A stretch of DNA of 64,000 nucleotides from assembly GCA_964291315.2 (NCBI GenBank), contig OZ219753.1, forward strand, positions 2,880,001 to 2,944,000, written 5' to 3'. Numbering within the stretch: the first letter of the stretch is position 1; every line of letters begins with the position of its first letter. This DNA comes from Candidatus Poribacteria bacterium (lineage in GTDB: Bacteria; Poribacteria; WGA-4E; WGA-3G). The notes under the pieces were generated by a model. That model ran no database searches. It saw only the letters and a list, made by a program, of their open reading frames with translations, and was not told the DNA's origin. The position numbers and the translations under genes are program-made. Below are positions 30,350 to 41,278 of this stretch, piece by piece.

Positions 30350-31408
30350 ATGGAACTTGGTTTTTTTACGATGCCTTTGCATCCACCTGGTAGCGACACC
30401 ACTAAAACGCTCGATCACGATATAGAGCAGATGGTGATTCTCGACGAGTTGGGTTATAAAGAAGCTTATGTTGGAGAGCATTTTACGTTTACGTGGGAGA
30501 ATATTCCATCTCCAGACCTCTTTATTGCAAAAGCGGCCGCGATGACAGAAAACATCGTCTTCGGTACAGGCATTACTTGTATGCCGATACACAATCCTGC
30601 TGTTGTGGCGCATCGCATCGCCCAGCTGGATCACCAAACACATGGACGCTTTCACTGGGGGGTTGGTTCAAGCTCTACGCCGAGCGATGCAGAGATGTTC
30701 ATGGTAGAAGGCGACAGACGGCGGTCGACTCGAGAGGGAATTGATGCTGTCCTCAAGATTTGGATGGATCCGGAGCCCGGACATTATAAGAGCGATTTTT
30801 GGGAGTTTAAAATCCCTGAAGGCCGTCCGGACATTGTGAGTGTCCACATGAAACCGTATCAGAAACCGCATCCACCGATTGCTGTGGCGGGTTCATCGCC
30901 GAAGTCCGACACGCTCATTCTTGCTGGTGAACGTGGCTGGATTCCGATGAGCATCAATCTTGCCCATGTTTCTGTTATCAAGACCCATTGGGATGCTGTT
31001 GAAGAGGGCGCGGAGAAAAGCGGTTTATCGCCGTCTCGTTCAACGTGGCGTATTGCCCGCGAGGTCTACGTTGCAGATACCACCGAGCAGGCGCGTAAAG
31101 AAGCACTTGAAGGCACGCTTGGGCGTGATTTTAGGGATTATTGGTTTAACTTGTTTAGCCCCGGAAACTTCAAGCCCGATCCGGATATGAACAGTGCGGA
31201 CATGCGGCTTGAGCATTTATTAGATACCTTGTGGATCGTTGGGAGCCCTGATCATGTCACGAATCGGTTGCGTGAACTCTACGACGAGGTTGGCGGTTTT
31301 GGTGTCTTACTCGCCATGGGACACGAATGGGAACCCAAAGAGCAGTGGTTAAATTCAATGACGCTTCTCAAGAATGAGGTAATGCCGCGACTTGCCGATT
31401 TGAGTTAG
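30350..31408 (+). CDS. Luciferase-like (LLM) flavin-dependent monooxygenase
   Basis: GEH, HNPAVVAHRIAQLD, PYQKPHPPI and IVGSP. Confidence 0.92.
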   Translation: MELGFFTMPLHPPGSDTTKTLDHDIEQMVILDELGYKEAYVGEHFTFTWENIPSPDLFIAKAAAMTENIVFGTGITCMPIHNPAVVAHRIAQLDHQTHGRFHWGVGSSSTPSDAEMFMVEGDRRRSTREGIDAVLKIWMDPEPGHYKSDFWEFKIPEGRPDIVSVHMKPYQKPHPPIAVAGSSPKSDTLILAGERGWIPMSINLAHVSVIKTHWDAVEEGAEKSGLSPSRSTWRIAREVYVADTTEQARKEALEGTLGRDFRDYWFNLFSPGNFKPDPDMNSADMRLEHLLDTLWIVGSPDHVTNRLRELYDEVGGFGVLLAMGHEWEPKEQWLNSMTLLKNEVMPRLADLS

Positions 31409-31463
31409 CACTTGAATCGTGCACACCGCAGTGGGAAAAAATGTACTAGAATATTCTTGAGGT

Positions 31464-31994
31464 TTAGTTGTTTTCTGCCCCCTCGTTGATCCAATCGATG
31501 AAGAGTTGGACTTGATCAGCATCAAGCGGTGGCGGAATAGGAGGCATGCCTCCACCATCAATACGCTTGACAACAAGGCTGCCTTTACCGTTCCCAGCTT
31601 CGAAGGCTGCGACACCGTTCGCACCGTTTTTGAAAGTGTTGTATCCGGTGAGGTCAAGCCCACGCGCCGGCCCCGGCATCGCATGGCACCCCGGAATAGC
31701 GCAGCGCTCAGTAAGAATCGGCTGAATATCGTCCTTGAAAGAAACCTTTTGTTCCTCAACAACAGGCTCCTCTTCCTCTACCACCGGGGTAATCTCAGGT
31801 TCTATAGGAGTGGCAGGCGGTGTTGTTGCGGGTTGAAGCACATCGGTTACCCTTGAGGGGTCTTCCGTGGTGTCGCCTTCGTCTCCGCAACTTGAAATGA
31901 AGATAGCAGCAAGAAAAAGGCTTATGGCGAAAACAGGAATGGAGAGGGCTTGAGCCTGTCGTTTACGTGGAAGGTTCGAAACTGAATCAATCAC
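31464..31994 (-). CDS. Lipoprotein with a planctomycete-type cytochrome c domain (CX4CH)
   Basis: ISSC lipobox; VSFKDDIQPILTERCAIPGCH...GLDL...MPP...WINEGA. Confidence 0.8.
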   Translation of the reverse strand: MIDSVSNLPRKRQAQALSIPVFAISLFLAAIFISSCGDEGDTTEDPSRVTDVLQPATTPPATPIEPEITPVVEEEEPVVEEQKVSFKDDIQPILTERCAIPGCHAMPGPARGLDLTGYNTFKNGANGVAAFEAGNGKGSLVVKRIDGGGMPPIPPPLDADQVQLFIDWINEGAENN

Positions 31995-32085
31995 AATACA
32001 ATTCTCCTTTATTGAAAAATGGATATTTTAGCAGATCAAAAATTTCGCTGTATATAGAATACAATGATATAGGAGAGATGTCAAG

Positions 32086-33030
32086 ATGAAAATTTTAATT
32101 AATACAGGTACTACGTCAGAACAACGCCGGCGGATCGAATCGGTATCCGACAAACTTATGCTTGTCCAACCGCGGAATCCAGAAGAGGCATTGCGCGAGG
32201 TTGTGGATACCAATATTGTGTTCGGTGGGTTTAACCGTTCGCTTTTTGAAAATGCGGATCAGTTAAAGTGGGTGCAAGTGCTTTCGGCAGGGGTCGATGG
32301 GCTGCTATTCCCGGAATTTGTTAAAAGCGATATCATTTTGACAAGTGCTAAAGGCTTTGTCGGAACGCATCTTGCAGATCAGGCGTGGGCTTTACTGTTA
32401 GGTCTTCTGCGAGGTATCGGACGCTCTGTCCGTGAACGGACGTGGGATAACCGGATGTCAATCCGTCTGGCCGCATGGGAATTGAGCGATCGGACGCTTG
32501 GTATTGTTGGACTCGGCGGTACCGGCATCGAGGTCGCCCGTCGAGCACAAGGGTTTGATATGCGTGTCATCGCAGTTGATCCGGAGAAGGTGGAGGCACC
32601 GTCATTTGTTCATGATGTCTGGGAAATGGGTCGTTTCTATGAACTCCTTGCGGAATCTGATGTTGTTGCGATATGCTCACCGCTGACTCCAGAAACCCAC
32701 AGTATGTTTGACGGTGCGGCATTTGAACAGATGAAATCACATGCGCTGCTTATTAACGTCACACGCGGTAAGATTATAGAGGGACCGGCCCTGCTTCGCG
32801 CACTTACATCGGGGGATATTGGCGGGGCTGGATTGGATGTCACCCCCGAAGAACCTTTGCCTGATGACAGCCCGCTATGGGATATGCCGAACGTGATTAT
32901 TACGCCCCACGTTGCTGGTGGTTCTCCGATTCGTTTGGACCGCTCGGTCGGTCTTTTCTGTGATAATCTGGGACGATTTCTGGTTGGCAAACCGCTCCTG
33001 AGTGTGATTGACAAAGAAAAGGGATATTAG
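32086..33030 (+). CDS. D-2-hydroxyacid dehydrogenase family protein
   Basis: GIVGLGGTG, INVTRG, GLDV..EEP and ITPHVAG. Confidence 0.92.
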   Translation: MKILINTGTTSEQRRRIESVSDKLMLVQPRNPEEALREVVDTNIVFGGFNRSLFENADQLKWVQVLSAGVDGLLFPEFVKSDIILTSAKGFVGTHLADQAWALLLGLLRGIGRSVRERTWDNRMSIRLAAWELSDRTLGIVGLGGTGIEVARRAQGFDMRVIAVDPEKVEAPSFVHDVWEMGRFYELLAESDVVAICSPLTPETHSMFDGAAFEQMKSHALLINVTRGKIIEGPALLRALTSGDIGGAGLDVTPEEPLPDDSPLWDMPNVIITPHVAGGSPIRLDRSVGLFCDNLGRFLVGKPLLSVIDKEKGY

Positions 33031-33131
33031 ATCGGCTTGAAAGGTTGGCAGATTGGTAGAGTACGGCTTCTGCCTTCCGATCCATCCAAACGGCTCCATC
33101 TAATTTATCTCGTTTGAGAGAATAAAACGGC

Positions 33132-34148
33132 TCATTGTGAATTCACATCAGCGATTTTGACGAGCTGCTTCCCAATATTGCCACCTTTCATCATGCTAAT
33201 GAATGCTGCGGGAGCTTTTTCTATCCCCCCTTCCTCAATCGTTTCGCGGTATTTCAATTTACCTTTTTGCAGCCATTCTGCCAGCTCGATGAGAGCTTTG
33301 GGATGTTGATCAGCGAAATCGGAGACGAGGAAGCCTTCGATGCGAGCGCGCTTACTAATCATGAACCAGAGGAACCGGGGTCCGGTCTCTGGTTTCTCTA
33401 GGTTATATTGTGAAATTTGTCCACAGATAACGATGCGTCCTTTAACGTTTAAGTTGGGGAAAACTGCATCGGTGATGGGGCCGCCGACGTTATCGAAATA
33501 GACATCAATACCGTCAGGGAGATATTTCTCGAGTTCCGCGTAATAGTCATCAACTTTCTTATAATTAAAGGCGGCATCAAACCCGAGTTCATCGATGACA
33601 TAAGCGACTTTTTCGTCGGTTCCAGTAGATCCGACGACCCGGCATCCTTTCATTTTTGCGATCTGTCCTACAACCGAACCGACTGCCCCGGCGGCGCCAG
33701 AGACGAACACGGTTTCCTGATCTTGAAGTTTTCCGACTTCAAGCAGGCCGAAGTAAGCTGTTAGCCCGGGCATTCCAATAATTCCGCAGCCTGTTGAGAT
33801 AGGGGCGATTGTCGGATCAATTTTCCGCAGTCCATTACCGGCAACGACCCCGTATTCCTGCCACCCGATGGCAGTGTTGACGATATCACCGATCTCAACA
33901 TCTGGGTGTTTTGTCTCAATAACCTCGGCAATAACACTACCGACTATTACTTCACCAATTTTGACATTGGCGGCGTAAGATTTCGCGGCATTAATCCGTC
34001 CGCGCATGTAGGGATCAACTGAGAGATAGATGGTCTTTACCAATACTTCTCCGTCTTTGGGAGTCGGAATGGGTGTCTCTACTAAATTAAAATCTGATTC
34101 TTTTGGGTAGCCTACAGGCCGAGATGCCAAGGTAATTTGGCGATTCAC
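33132..34148 (-). CDS. NADP-dependent oxidoreductase (PTGR/CurA-like MDR)
   Basis: LSVDPYMRGR, GMPGLTAYFG, SGAAGAVGS, YFDNVGG and GNIGK. Confidence 0.92.
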   Translation of the reverse strand: MNRQITLASRPVGYPKESDFNLVETPIPTPKDGEVLVKTIYLSVDPYMRGRINAAKSYAANVKIGEVIVGSVIAEVIETKHPDVEIGDIVNTAIGWQEYGVVAGNGLRKIDPTIAPISTGCGIIGMPGLTAYFGLLEVGKLQDQETVFVSGAAGAVGSVVGQIAKMKGCRVVGSTGTDEKVAYVIDELGFDAAFNYKKVDDYYAELEKYLPDGIDVYFDNVGGPITDAVFPNLNVKGRIVICGQISQYNLEKPETGPRFLWFMISKRARIEGFLVSDFADQHPKALIELAEWLQKGKLKYRETIEEGGIEKAPAAFISMMKGGNIGKQLVKIADVNSQ

Positions 34149-34225
34149 TTTAATGTTCTCCTTTTTTCTGTAGATTTTCCAACTGTTTGGGCCTTGTGAA
34201 CCGGCGGTGTTAGAAAACCTCGTTT

Positions 34226-34246
34226 CCGACTCCGAGGGGAGTCGGT
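34226..34246. repeat. GC-rich intergenic hairpin
   Basis: CCGACTCC-GAGGG-GGAGTCGG perfect 8-bp stem just downstream of the PhyH gene. Confidence 0.5.
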
Positions 34247-34253
34247 TAAATGC

Positions 34254-34979
34254 TTAGTTCCTATTATTAAATTGCATAGGATCTTCGCCCTGAATGACAA
34301 TGAGTTCGTGACGTGGGGCATCCCAGTCCAAAACTTTAACAATAGGAAGAATGACACGGACAGCCAAACCGATACGGCGTTTTTCTGAGCGGTTGGGCTC
34401 TGAGTGGTGGAGCGTGCGTTCATTAAAGATAACAAACTCACCGGGTTGCATTTCTAAGTTGATAATATTGCTGGTATCAATGAAACTGGGGTCCCCCATT
34501 TGTCCGAATGCCATGTTCGAAGTTGCTTTGACATGCGGTATCACTTTGCGATGAGAGCTAGGTACGATTTGGAGGCAGCTATTTTCCAAGGTTGCTGAAT
34601 CCACTGCAATCCATGCTGAAATAATAATAGGGGGCTCAAGGGGCCAGTAGTTAAAATCTTGGTGCCATGGGATCTCCTTTGCCCCTGGCTCTTTAATGAA
34701 GAAATTTGTTCGCCAGAGGAGGAGATCGGGTCCATAGAGAGATGCCATCCGTTTAACGATAGATGGATGTGTGGCGAGATCATGAATTAATGGGGCATCA
34801 AGATGGCGATTATGCTCGAATTGCTTGTGATCCGGCGGTTCGGTTTCAAGAACCCTTTCAATTTCTGGGTGCATGTTGAGCATCTCTTGAGGACTACAGC
34901 GTGCGTAAGGGCCGAGATAGCCGTGCTGCCAAAACTGTTCCCTTTCTTTGCTGTTTAGGGTATATTTCCGGTTTTGCAT
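34254..34979 (-). CDS. PhyH-family dioxygenase
   Basis: PWHQDFNYW (HxD), SAWIA.D, LQIVPSSH and LHHSEPNRS..RR. Confidence 0.9.
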   Translation of the reverse strand: MQNRKYTLNSKEREQFWQHGYLGPYARCSPQEMLNMHPEIERVLETEPPDHKQFEHNRHLDAPLIHDLATHPSIVKRMASLYGPDLLLWRTNFFIKEPGAKEIPWHQDFNYWPLEPPIIISAWIAVDSATLENSCLQIVPSSHRKVIPHVKATSNMAFGQMGDPSFIDTSNIINLEMQPGEFVIFNERTLHHSEPNRSEKRRIGLAVRVILPIVKVLDWDAPRHELIVIQGEDPMQFNNRN

Positions 34980-35068
34980 TGTGTCAAAAATCCTTTTATA
35001 GTTGGTTTTACAGTTCCCGAGGTGCCCTGCCCGGCAGGTTAGGGACCGCGGCGATTGAAGGTGAGAGA

Positions 35069-36106
35069 TTACTCCTGATAGACATGCACCTTAACTGCGC
35101 CCGATATCTTATCAGCCGAAACCCGGAACGCTTCGGCAATCTCTTGAAACGGATAGTAGTGCGTCACTAATTTTGTGGCATCAACTTTTCCAGAGGTGAT
35201 CAATTCAATTGCCGCCTCAAAATCTGTTTCCATACCGCTATAGCCGTAGCAGTTAGAGCCTGTAACGATAGCTTCTGACCAGACAATACGAGAGAGGTCT
35301 ACCTCAAGAGGTTTGTAGTATCCTGCGACGAGGACAACAGATCCCTGTTTTCGAACAATATTCATAGCGGTATCGAAATTTTCACCTCCGCCGACTGTTT
35401 CGACCACAGCATCAAAACCGTTACCGTTCGTGATATCTCTAGCGTATTCCGGTACATCAGTGTCAGCGATATTGACAACATAATCTGCGCCAAGCGTTTT
35501 TGCCAGTTCTGCTTGTTGTTTGTATTTAACGGTAATTAATGTCTCTTTAACCCCTGCTGCAACTGCATCTGCCAAGCAGAATTGACCGATAGTTCCACCA
35601 CCGATAATTGCGACCGTGTTTCTGGCATTGGCTCTTGTGCGCGTTACCGCGCGGTGGGAGACAGCGAGCGGTTCAACGAGTGCGCCCTGCTCAAACGTCA
35701 TGTGTTTCGGCAATTTGAACAAGCCAGATTGGTGGGTTGAAGTGTATTCGGCAAAGCCTCCGTGCATATTCGCGGATATCCATGCTCTATTCAGGCAGAG
35801 GTTGTACTGCCCTGTTTCACAATACTTGCAGGTCCCACAATGTGAGAAGCATTCCACAGCGACCTTGTCTCCGATATCGAACGATGTTACGCCTTCGCCG
35901 AGACCTGCAATGATACCGCATGTCTCATGCCCTGCTGCGTATTCTTGGGATTGGCTCCAATGCCCAAAATAACTGTGCAAATCACTTCCACAGATCCCGG
36001 TCTGCTTCGTGTCAACAAGTACAAAACCGGGAGGCGGTTCGTTGCGTTCAACTTCTCGAATTGCGATCTGTTCAATCCCGGTATAGATAGCAGCTTTCAT
36101 TTTCAT
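35069..36106 (-). CDS. Zn-dependent alcohol dehydrogenase (MDR)
   Basis: GICGSDLH, GHE, CGTCKYC...C structural Zn site and GGGTIG. Confidence 0.92.
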   Translation of the reverse strand: MKMKAAIYTGIEQIAIREVERNEPPPGFVLVDTKQTGICGSDLHSYFGHWSQSQEYAAGHETCGIIAGLGEGVTSFDIGDKVAVECFSHCGTCKYCETGQYNLCLNRAWISANMHGGFAEYTSTHQSGLFKLPKHMTFEQGALVEPLAVSHRAVTRTRANARNTVAIIGGGTIGQFCLADAVAAGVKETLITVKYKQQAELAKTLGADYVVNIADTDVPEYARDITNGNGFDAVVETVGGGENFDTAMNIVRKQGSVVLVAGYYKPLEVDLSRIVWSEAIVTGSNCYGYSGMETDFEAAIELITSGKVDATKLVTHYYPFQEIAEAFRVSADKISGAVKVHVYQE

Positions 36107-36200
36107 GGAACTTCTCCTTTGATGTGTGAGGTTTTAGTACCTCGGGCTACCGTTTTACCGCTGGCTGCGAATATTTCTGCTTTTTTGAAGCAGCTGACCG

Positions 36201-37823
36201 CTATGCAGTAAAGGACGGGTGCTCTGGCATTGTGAGCCGCGCCAAAAGGGCGCGCTTGTCAGATTTTCCAACACTCGTTTTTGGGATTTCATCAACAAAA
36301 ATAAACCTGTCAGGGATCCAAAACTTAGGGAATTCTGTAGCGAGGTGCCGTTTGAGAGCGTCCGAGATATCTTCGTGGCTCGGCTGAGCAAGGACAACAA
36401 CGGCGATTGGACGTTCCCCCCACTTCTCGTGAGGCACACCAATAACCGCAGCCTCAAGCACTTGTGGATACTTCAACAAGGCAGTCTCTAAAGCGACGCT
36501 TGAGATAGACTCGCCGCCACTCCGAATCAGGTTCTTGGCGCGGTCAACAATCTGCATATAACCTTCAGCGTCAACGGTGGCAAGGTCGCCTGTGCGCAAC
36601 CACCCATCCGCAGTAAAATTTTCTGTTGTTGGTTCGCGTTTGTAGTAGCGGCTTGCTGTCCATGGACTCCGTACCTGGACTTCCCCAACGGTCTTACCGT
36701 CCCAAGGAAGTGGGGTGAAGTTGGTAGATGTACCACCTGTGAGTCGAAGTTCAACGCCCGGGACAGGTTTGCCCTGCTTGGCTTTAATTTTCCATTTTTC
36801 AGCGTCTGGTAGGTTCTGATGCCGACGGCGCAGTTTTGAGATCGTCCCTGTTGGTGACATCTCTGTCATTCCCCAAGCGTGGCAGATCTCAACGCCGAGG
36901 TTCTTTTCGTATGCCTCAATAAGTGTAGGTGCCATTGCTTCTCCACCGACTATCAATCGCCGCAAAGCGGAAATATCCTGTCGTCTTTTCCGTAATTCGG
37001 GGTAAATCTTTGTCCAAACCGTTGGTACCCCCGCAGCAACAGTAACTCCGGTTTTAGCGATAAGATCTGTGATGTCCTTAGGTTTTGGTCCCGGTAATAC
37101 GATATCAGCCCCGACGAACATAGCAGCATAAGGTAGTCCCCAGGCCATGGCGTGAAACATCGGAACGAGTGGAAGAAGGACATCCATTTCTGTTAATCCG
37201 AACACATCTGCTTGGTTGACAGCTAATGCGTGAAGAAACGTAGAACGGTGTGTGTAGAGGACGCCGCGCGGTTCTCCTTGGGTGCCACTGGTGTAACATA
37301 GTCCCATTGCCCAGTTTTCGTCTCGGATGTTCCATGTATACGTTGGGTTAGCTGCGCGGAGGAGCTGCTCATAAAGTGCATCGGTATCGGTAGGGCTTAG
37401 GTTAAAACGGACGATTTGCCTACGCTCAATTTTATTTTGAAGTTCCGCAAACTGCTCATCGAATGCGGCATCGAGAAAAATAAGTTTATCCTCTGCTTCA
37501 TAGACAATTTCTGCCAATTGTGTAGCAGAAAGTCGAACATTAAGTGGATGGAGCACAGCACCTATGCATGGAATTGCATAGTAAAGTTCAAGATGTTGAT
37601 AGGTATTTGAGGCATATGTAGCGACCCTATCACCATGTTGGATGCCCAATTCCGCGATGACGTTTGCAAGCTTCTTCACGCGCTTATACAGTGCAGTATA
37701 GGTATAGGTATGAATTTCGTCATTGGGCAGTGCCGTTTGAATAAACTTGTCTCCATGGATCTGGCCTGCATGCTCCAAAATCTGCTCAAGTGTCAAGGGG
37801 TAGTTCATCATCAGACCGTGCAT
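36201..37823 (-). CDS. Long/medium-chain fatty acid-CoA ligase
   Basis: YTSGTQGEPRG, HAWGMTE, WLRTGD, SGGE and PKTSVGK. Confidence 0.92.
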   Translation of the reverse strand: MHGLMMNYPLTLEQILEHAGQIHGDKFIQTALPNDEIHTYTYTALYKRVKKLANVIAELGIQHGDRVATYASNTYQHLELYYAIPCIGAVLHPLNVRLSATQLAEIVYEAEDKLIFLDAAFDEQFAELQNKIERRQIVRFNLSPTDTDALYEQLLRAANPTYTWNIRDENWAMGLCYTSGTQGEPRGVLYTHRSTFLHALAVNQADVFGLTEMDVLLPLVPMFHAMAWGLPYAAMFVGADIVLPGPKPKDITDLIAKTGVTVAAGVPTVWTKIYPELRKRRQDISALRRLIVGGEAMAPTLIEAYEKNLGVEICHAWGMTEMSPTGTISKLRRRHQNLPDAEKWKIKAKQGKPVPGVELRLTGGTSTNFTPLPWDGKTVGEVQVRSPWTASRYYKREPTTENFTADGWLRTGDLATVDAEGYMQIVDRAKNLIRSGGESISSVALETALLKYPQVLEAAVIGVPHEKWGERPIAVVVLAQPSHEDISDALKRHLATEFPKFWIPDRFIFVDEIPKTSVGKSDKRALLARLTMPEHPSFTA

Positions 37824-38270
37824 CTTTTACTATAACTCGGTCTCCATTTCATTTTTGGAAACGGAGACATAGATTTCCTTTCTTAACCTTTTTATGCATT
37901 TTAGCATAAAAAAAGAGTTTGTTGTAAAGAAAGTTAGATGTATTAGGTTCCCTTGCTTTAATTTGCTTTTGATGATGAATACAAAGTACACTGCAGGCCC
38001 GTCTTTTCTAATACATGAGAAAAAATGCATCTATTCTGAAGATAAAGTGATGTAATGCACATTGGATCACTCTTTTCTGTAAGCATATAATATCTTTATT
38101 ATATCAGAGGGGTTCTCTTTAGACAAAACACTGCTATCGACACTAATAACGATTTGAGAAATATCTGTGATGTCTTTTATTAATGACATCTCACAACACC
38201 GCTTATGTCTAACTTCGCTTGTCAATTGCGGTTTTTGGGTTGTCAATTACAACAATTTGTAGCTAATAAT

Positions 38271-38299
38271 TTGCTTAATCATTCAGTGTCTAGTATAAT
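38271..38299 (+). promoter_or_regulatory. sigma70 promoter for the TonB-receptor locus
   Basis: TTGCTT-N17-TATAAT in an AT-rich intergenic region. Confidence 0.5.
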
Positions 38300-38446
38300 T
38301 AAAATGGCATTTTATAGAGTAAGGTATAAATAATTTGCTGTGTTTGCTGATATTTTTAATAATTGATAAGCAGTTCTATTAAGGCTTCGTCGGTTGTGGA
38401 ATTCGTAGGAGAATCTGGTGTTTACGCCAAAATCTAAGGAGGCTTT

Positions 38447-41026
38447 ATGCTCTACAACACTTATGTTAGGTTGACTGTTTTTGTGCTCGGTATTGTTATG
38501 TGTATTTTTGTGTGTGCGTCTGCTGCAGTTCTAGCGCAAGAGGAATCTAGCGGTTCTGAAGCGGCAGAAGCTACTAGCGAAGCCCCTAGGGTGTCAGAAT
38601 CAGATACACCGGTGCGGCTTGAGAGTCTTGTAGTGGTAGGAACCCGTTCCGCACCGCGATCGGTTCTTGAATCTCCTGTTCCGATTGATATTGTATCCAA
38701 TGAAGATTTTGTGAAACAGGGTGGTGCGGATCTGAATAACTTGTTAAGAACCTTAGTTCCATCTTATAATATCAATACACAGCCGATTAGCGATGCTGGT
38801 ACTGTGGTGCGTCCTGCCAACTTGCGTGGATTGGCCCCCGATCAAACGCTTGTGTTAGTGAATAATAAGCGTCGCCATCGCGCAGCTGTGATACACTGGC
38901 TTGGGAACGGATTGTCGGATGGGGCCCAAGGTCCCGATCTCTCGCCGATACCGTCAATTGCTCTGAAACAGGTAGAGGTACTGCGAGATGGTGCCTCTGC
39001 TCAGTATGGGTCTGATGCTATTGCTGGTGTGTTAAACTTCCGACTTAAAGACGACTATCAGGGTGGAAGTTTTGAATTCAAACCGGGCATCTACCAGTAC
39101 GGTGACGGTAGGCGGTTTGCTGTTGCTGGGAACGTAGGCTTAGGGAGTCCGAAGGCATGGGCAAATCTCAGCATAGAGTATGGTGGTGCTGATCCGACTG
39201 TTCGCTCTGTACAGCGCGATGATGCCCTGGTGTTGATAGAGGCAGGCAATCTTGATGTCAAAGATCCTGCCCAGATCTGGGGGCAACCGATTGTAGAGAA
39301 CGATTTGAAATTTTTTGCTAACTACGGCAGCGCGCTCACTGATAGCATCGATTTCTATGGCCATGCTAATTATGCGAGTAAACGGGTTGAAGGTGGATTC
39401 TATTTCCGTAACCCTAACAAACGTAGCGGGGTCTTTAGTAGCGACAGTGGTAAGACACTGCTTGTGGGTAATTTACGGGGGCTGCCAGTCGGTGTGCCGC
39501 AAGAGGCTGACGATATCCCAATAATTAACGGGGTCCCAGATCCTGACATGTTACAAAGGGTTTTTTCGGATCCGAACCTGTTTACCTTCCAGGAAATGTT
39601 TCCTGGTGGATTCACGCCCAGATTCGGGGCTTATGCTACCGATAGTTCTGTGTTAGTTGGTCTTAAAGGTAGCGTTTTGGAGGAGGTTTCAGGCAAACCC
39701 GTCACTTGGGATCTCAGTGGTTATTTTGGCAGACACCATGCCGATTTCTTTATCTTTAACACTGTCAATGCTTCGCTCGGTCCAGATACGCCGACAGAAT
39801 TTGATCCGGGTGACTACATCCAGACAGATTATAACCTTAATTTTGATGTAGCCTATCCGCTTCACGATATGGTATTCCTTGCGTCTGGTTTGGAATATCG
39901 GAATGAGGGGTTTGAAGTTATTGCAGGTCAAAGAGAGTCATATCAGATTGGGCCTTTAGCAGGCCAAGGTTTCAGTGCTGCTTCTAACGGTTTCTCAGGT
40001 TTTAGTCCGATTGGAGCGGGAACGTGGAATCGTTATAACGTTGCTGCTTATTTGGAGGGCGAAATTAGGCCGCTCGATAGATGGCTTTTTGCGCTTGCTG
40101 TGCGTGGCGAAAATTTTGAGGATTTTGGTACTACTGTTAACTACAAGGTCGCTACGAACTACCGGATTACTGAAATGATGAAGATTCGTGGTAGTTATAG
40201 CAGCGGGTTTCGTGCTCCGACCCCCGGGCAGCAAAACACATTTAATGTTACCACAGAATTCAATTTTGAAAAGAATGACTTGGTGAATAACGGGACGATT
40301 CCGTCGACGAACGAAGCTGCATCGCTTGTAGGTGGGAAGCCCCTCGATCCTGAAACATCAAATAATTTCACTGGTGGGTTTACTCTTGAGCTTCTCGACG
40401 TAAACTTTACATTGGACTTTTTTGATATTCGGATGAAGGACCGGTTGGCACTCTCTCAGGACTTTGCCCTTACGGAAGACCAGAAACAGAATCTTATTGC
40501 TGCGGGGGTGACTAGTGCTGCGAATCTTCAGGAATTTCGCTTTTTCACTAACGATTTTGATACAACAACCCAGGGCATTGATGCAGTTGTTACAGTGCCC
40601 CTCTTGGATGGTACCCTGACGGGTGTGTATAACTTCACGCAAACCACAGTTACTGGTTTCAATGCTCAGACTTTAGATGAGAATCGGATCAGGGAATTGG
40701 AAGAAAACCTACCTAAACACCGTGGAAGTTTGACAGTTGTGCAACCTGTCGTGGATAGTTTATGGGTTCTTGGGCGTGCTGGTTACTTTAGCGGTTGGTA
40801 TGATTCTGAAGATGATGCAGATTATACGGGCAAGGTTATTTTTGACTTAGAATCTACCTATACTGCTGATTCAGGATTATCGATAACTTTGGGCGGTAAC
40901 AATATCCTCAACACCTACCCAGATGAAAATCCGAATGCTGGTAATATTGGTAACAAGTACGGTCAATTCAGTCCGTTTGGTTTTGACGGTGCTTTTTGGT
41001 ATGCTAGATTTGGATACAGTTTCTAA
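38447..41026 (+). CDS. TonB-dependent receptor (paralog 1)
   Basis: Signal peptide, VVVGTR TonB-box region, plug VEVLRDGASAQYGSDAIAGV and C-terminal aromatic YSF. Confidence 0.95.
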   Translation: MLYNTYVRLTVFVLGIVMCIFVCASAAVLAQEESSGSEAAEATSEAPRVSESDTPVRLESLVVVGTRSAPRSVLESPVPIDIVSNEDFVKQGGADLNNLLRTLVPSYNINTQPISDAGTVVRPANLRGLAPDQTLVLVNNKRRHRAAVIHWLGNGLSDGAQGPDLSPIPSIALKQVEVLRDGASAQYGSDAIAGVLNFRLKDDYQGGSFEFKPGIYQYGDGRRFAVAGNVGLGSPKAWANLSIEYGGADPTVRSVQRDDALVLIEAGNLDVKDPAQIWGQPIVENDLKFFANYGSALTDSIDFYGHANYASKRVEGGFYFRNPNKRSGVFSSDSGKTLLVGNLRGLPVGVPQEADDIPIINGVPDPDMLQRVFSDPNLFTFQEMFPGGFTPRFGAYATDSSVLVGLKGSVLEEVSGKPVTWDLSGYFGRHHADFFIFNTVNASLGPDTPTEFDPGDYIQTDYNLNFDVAYPLHDMVFLASGLEYRNEGFEVIAGQRESYQIGPLAGQGFSAASNGFSGFSPIGAGTWNRYNVAAYLEGEIRPLDRWLFALAVRGENFEDFGTTVNYKVATNYRITEMMKIRGSYSSGFRAPTPGQQNTFNVTTEFNFEKNDLVNNGTIPSTNEAASLVGGKPLDPETSNNFTGGFTLELLDVNFTLDFFDIRMKDRLALSQDFALTEDQKQNLIAAGVTSAANLQEFRFFTNDFDTTTQGIDAVVTVPLLDGTLTGVYNFTQTTVTGFNAQTLDENRIRELEENLPKHRGSLTVVQPVVDSLWVLGRAGYFSGWYDSEDDADYTGKVIFDLESTYTADSGLSITLGGNNILNTYPDENPNAGNIGNKYGQFSPFGFDGAFWYARFGYSF

Positions 41027-41036
41027 AACGTGTCTT

Positions 41037-41070
41037 GTAGAAGGGATTAGATACACTTCCCTTCTACTTT
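41037..41070 (+). terminator. Intrinsic terminator between the two receptor genes
   Basis: GTAGAAGGGA...TCCCTTCTAC 10-bp stem followed by TTT. Confidence 0.6.
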
Positions 41071-41278
41071 GGCAAAAGTGCAGTTTTCGACGGGGCTGCT
41101 TCAACCGAACATAAGTCAAGTTTGGTTGGAGATATTAATTAATTAACTAGGGCTTACACTATTTTGTTGTATGATCAGTTAGGAAACTTCGTATATGGAA
41201 AGGTAAGAATCCTATGATTTTGTGCAAGTCCTATTATTTTTGGAAAACATGTTTAACTTTAGAAAAAGGAGACTTATT

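Noticed and set aside
37824-38446. Cobalamin/TPP riboswitch upstream of the TonB receptors
   Set aside because: The region is AT-rich and lacks recognisable B12-box or TPP core motifs by eye; an Infernal scan would be needed to exclude it fully.
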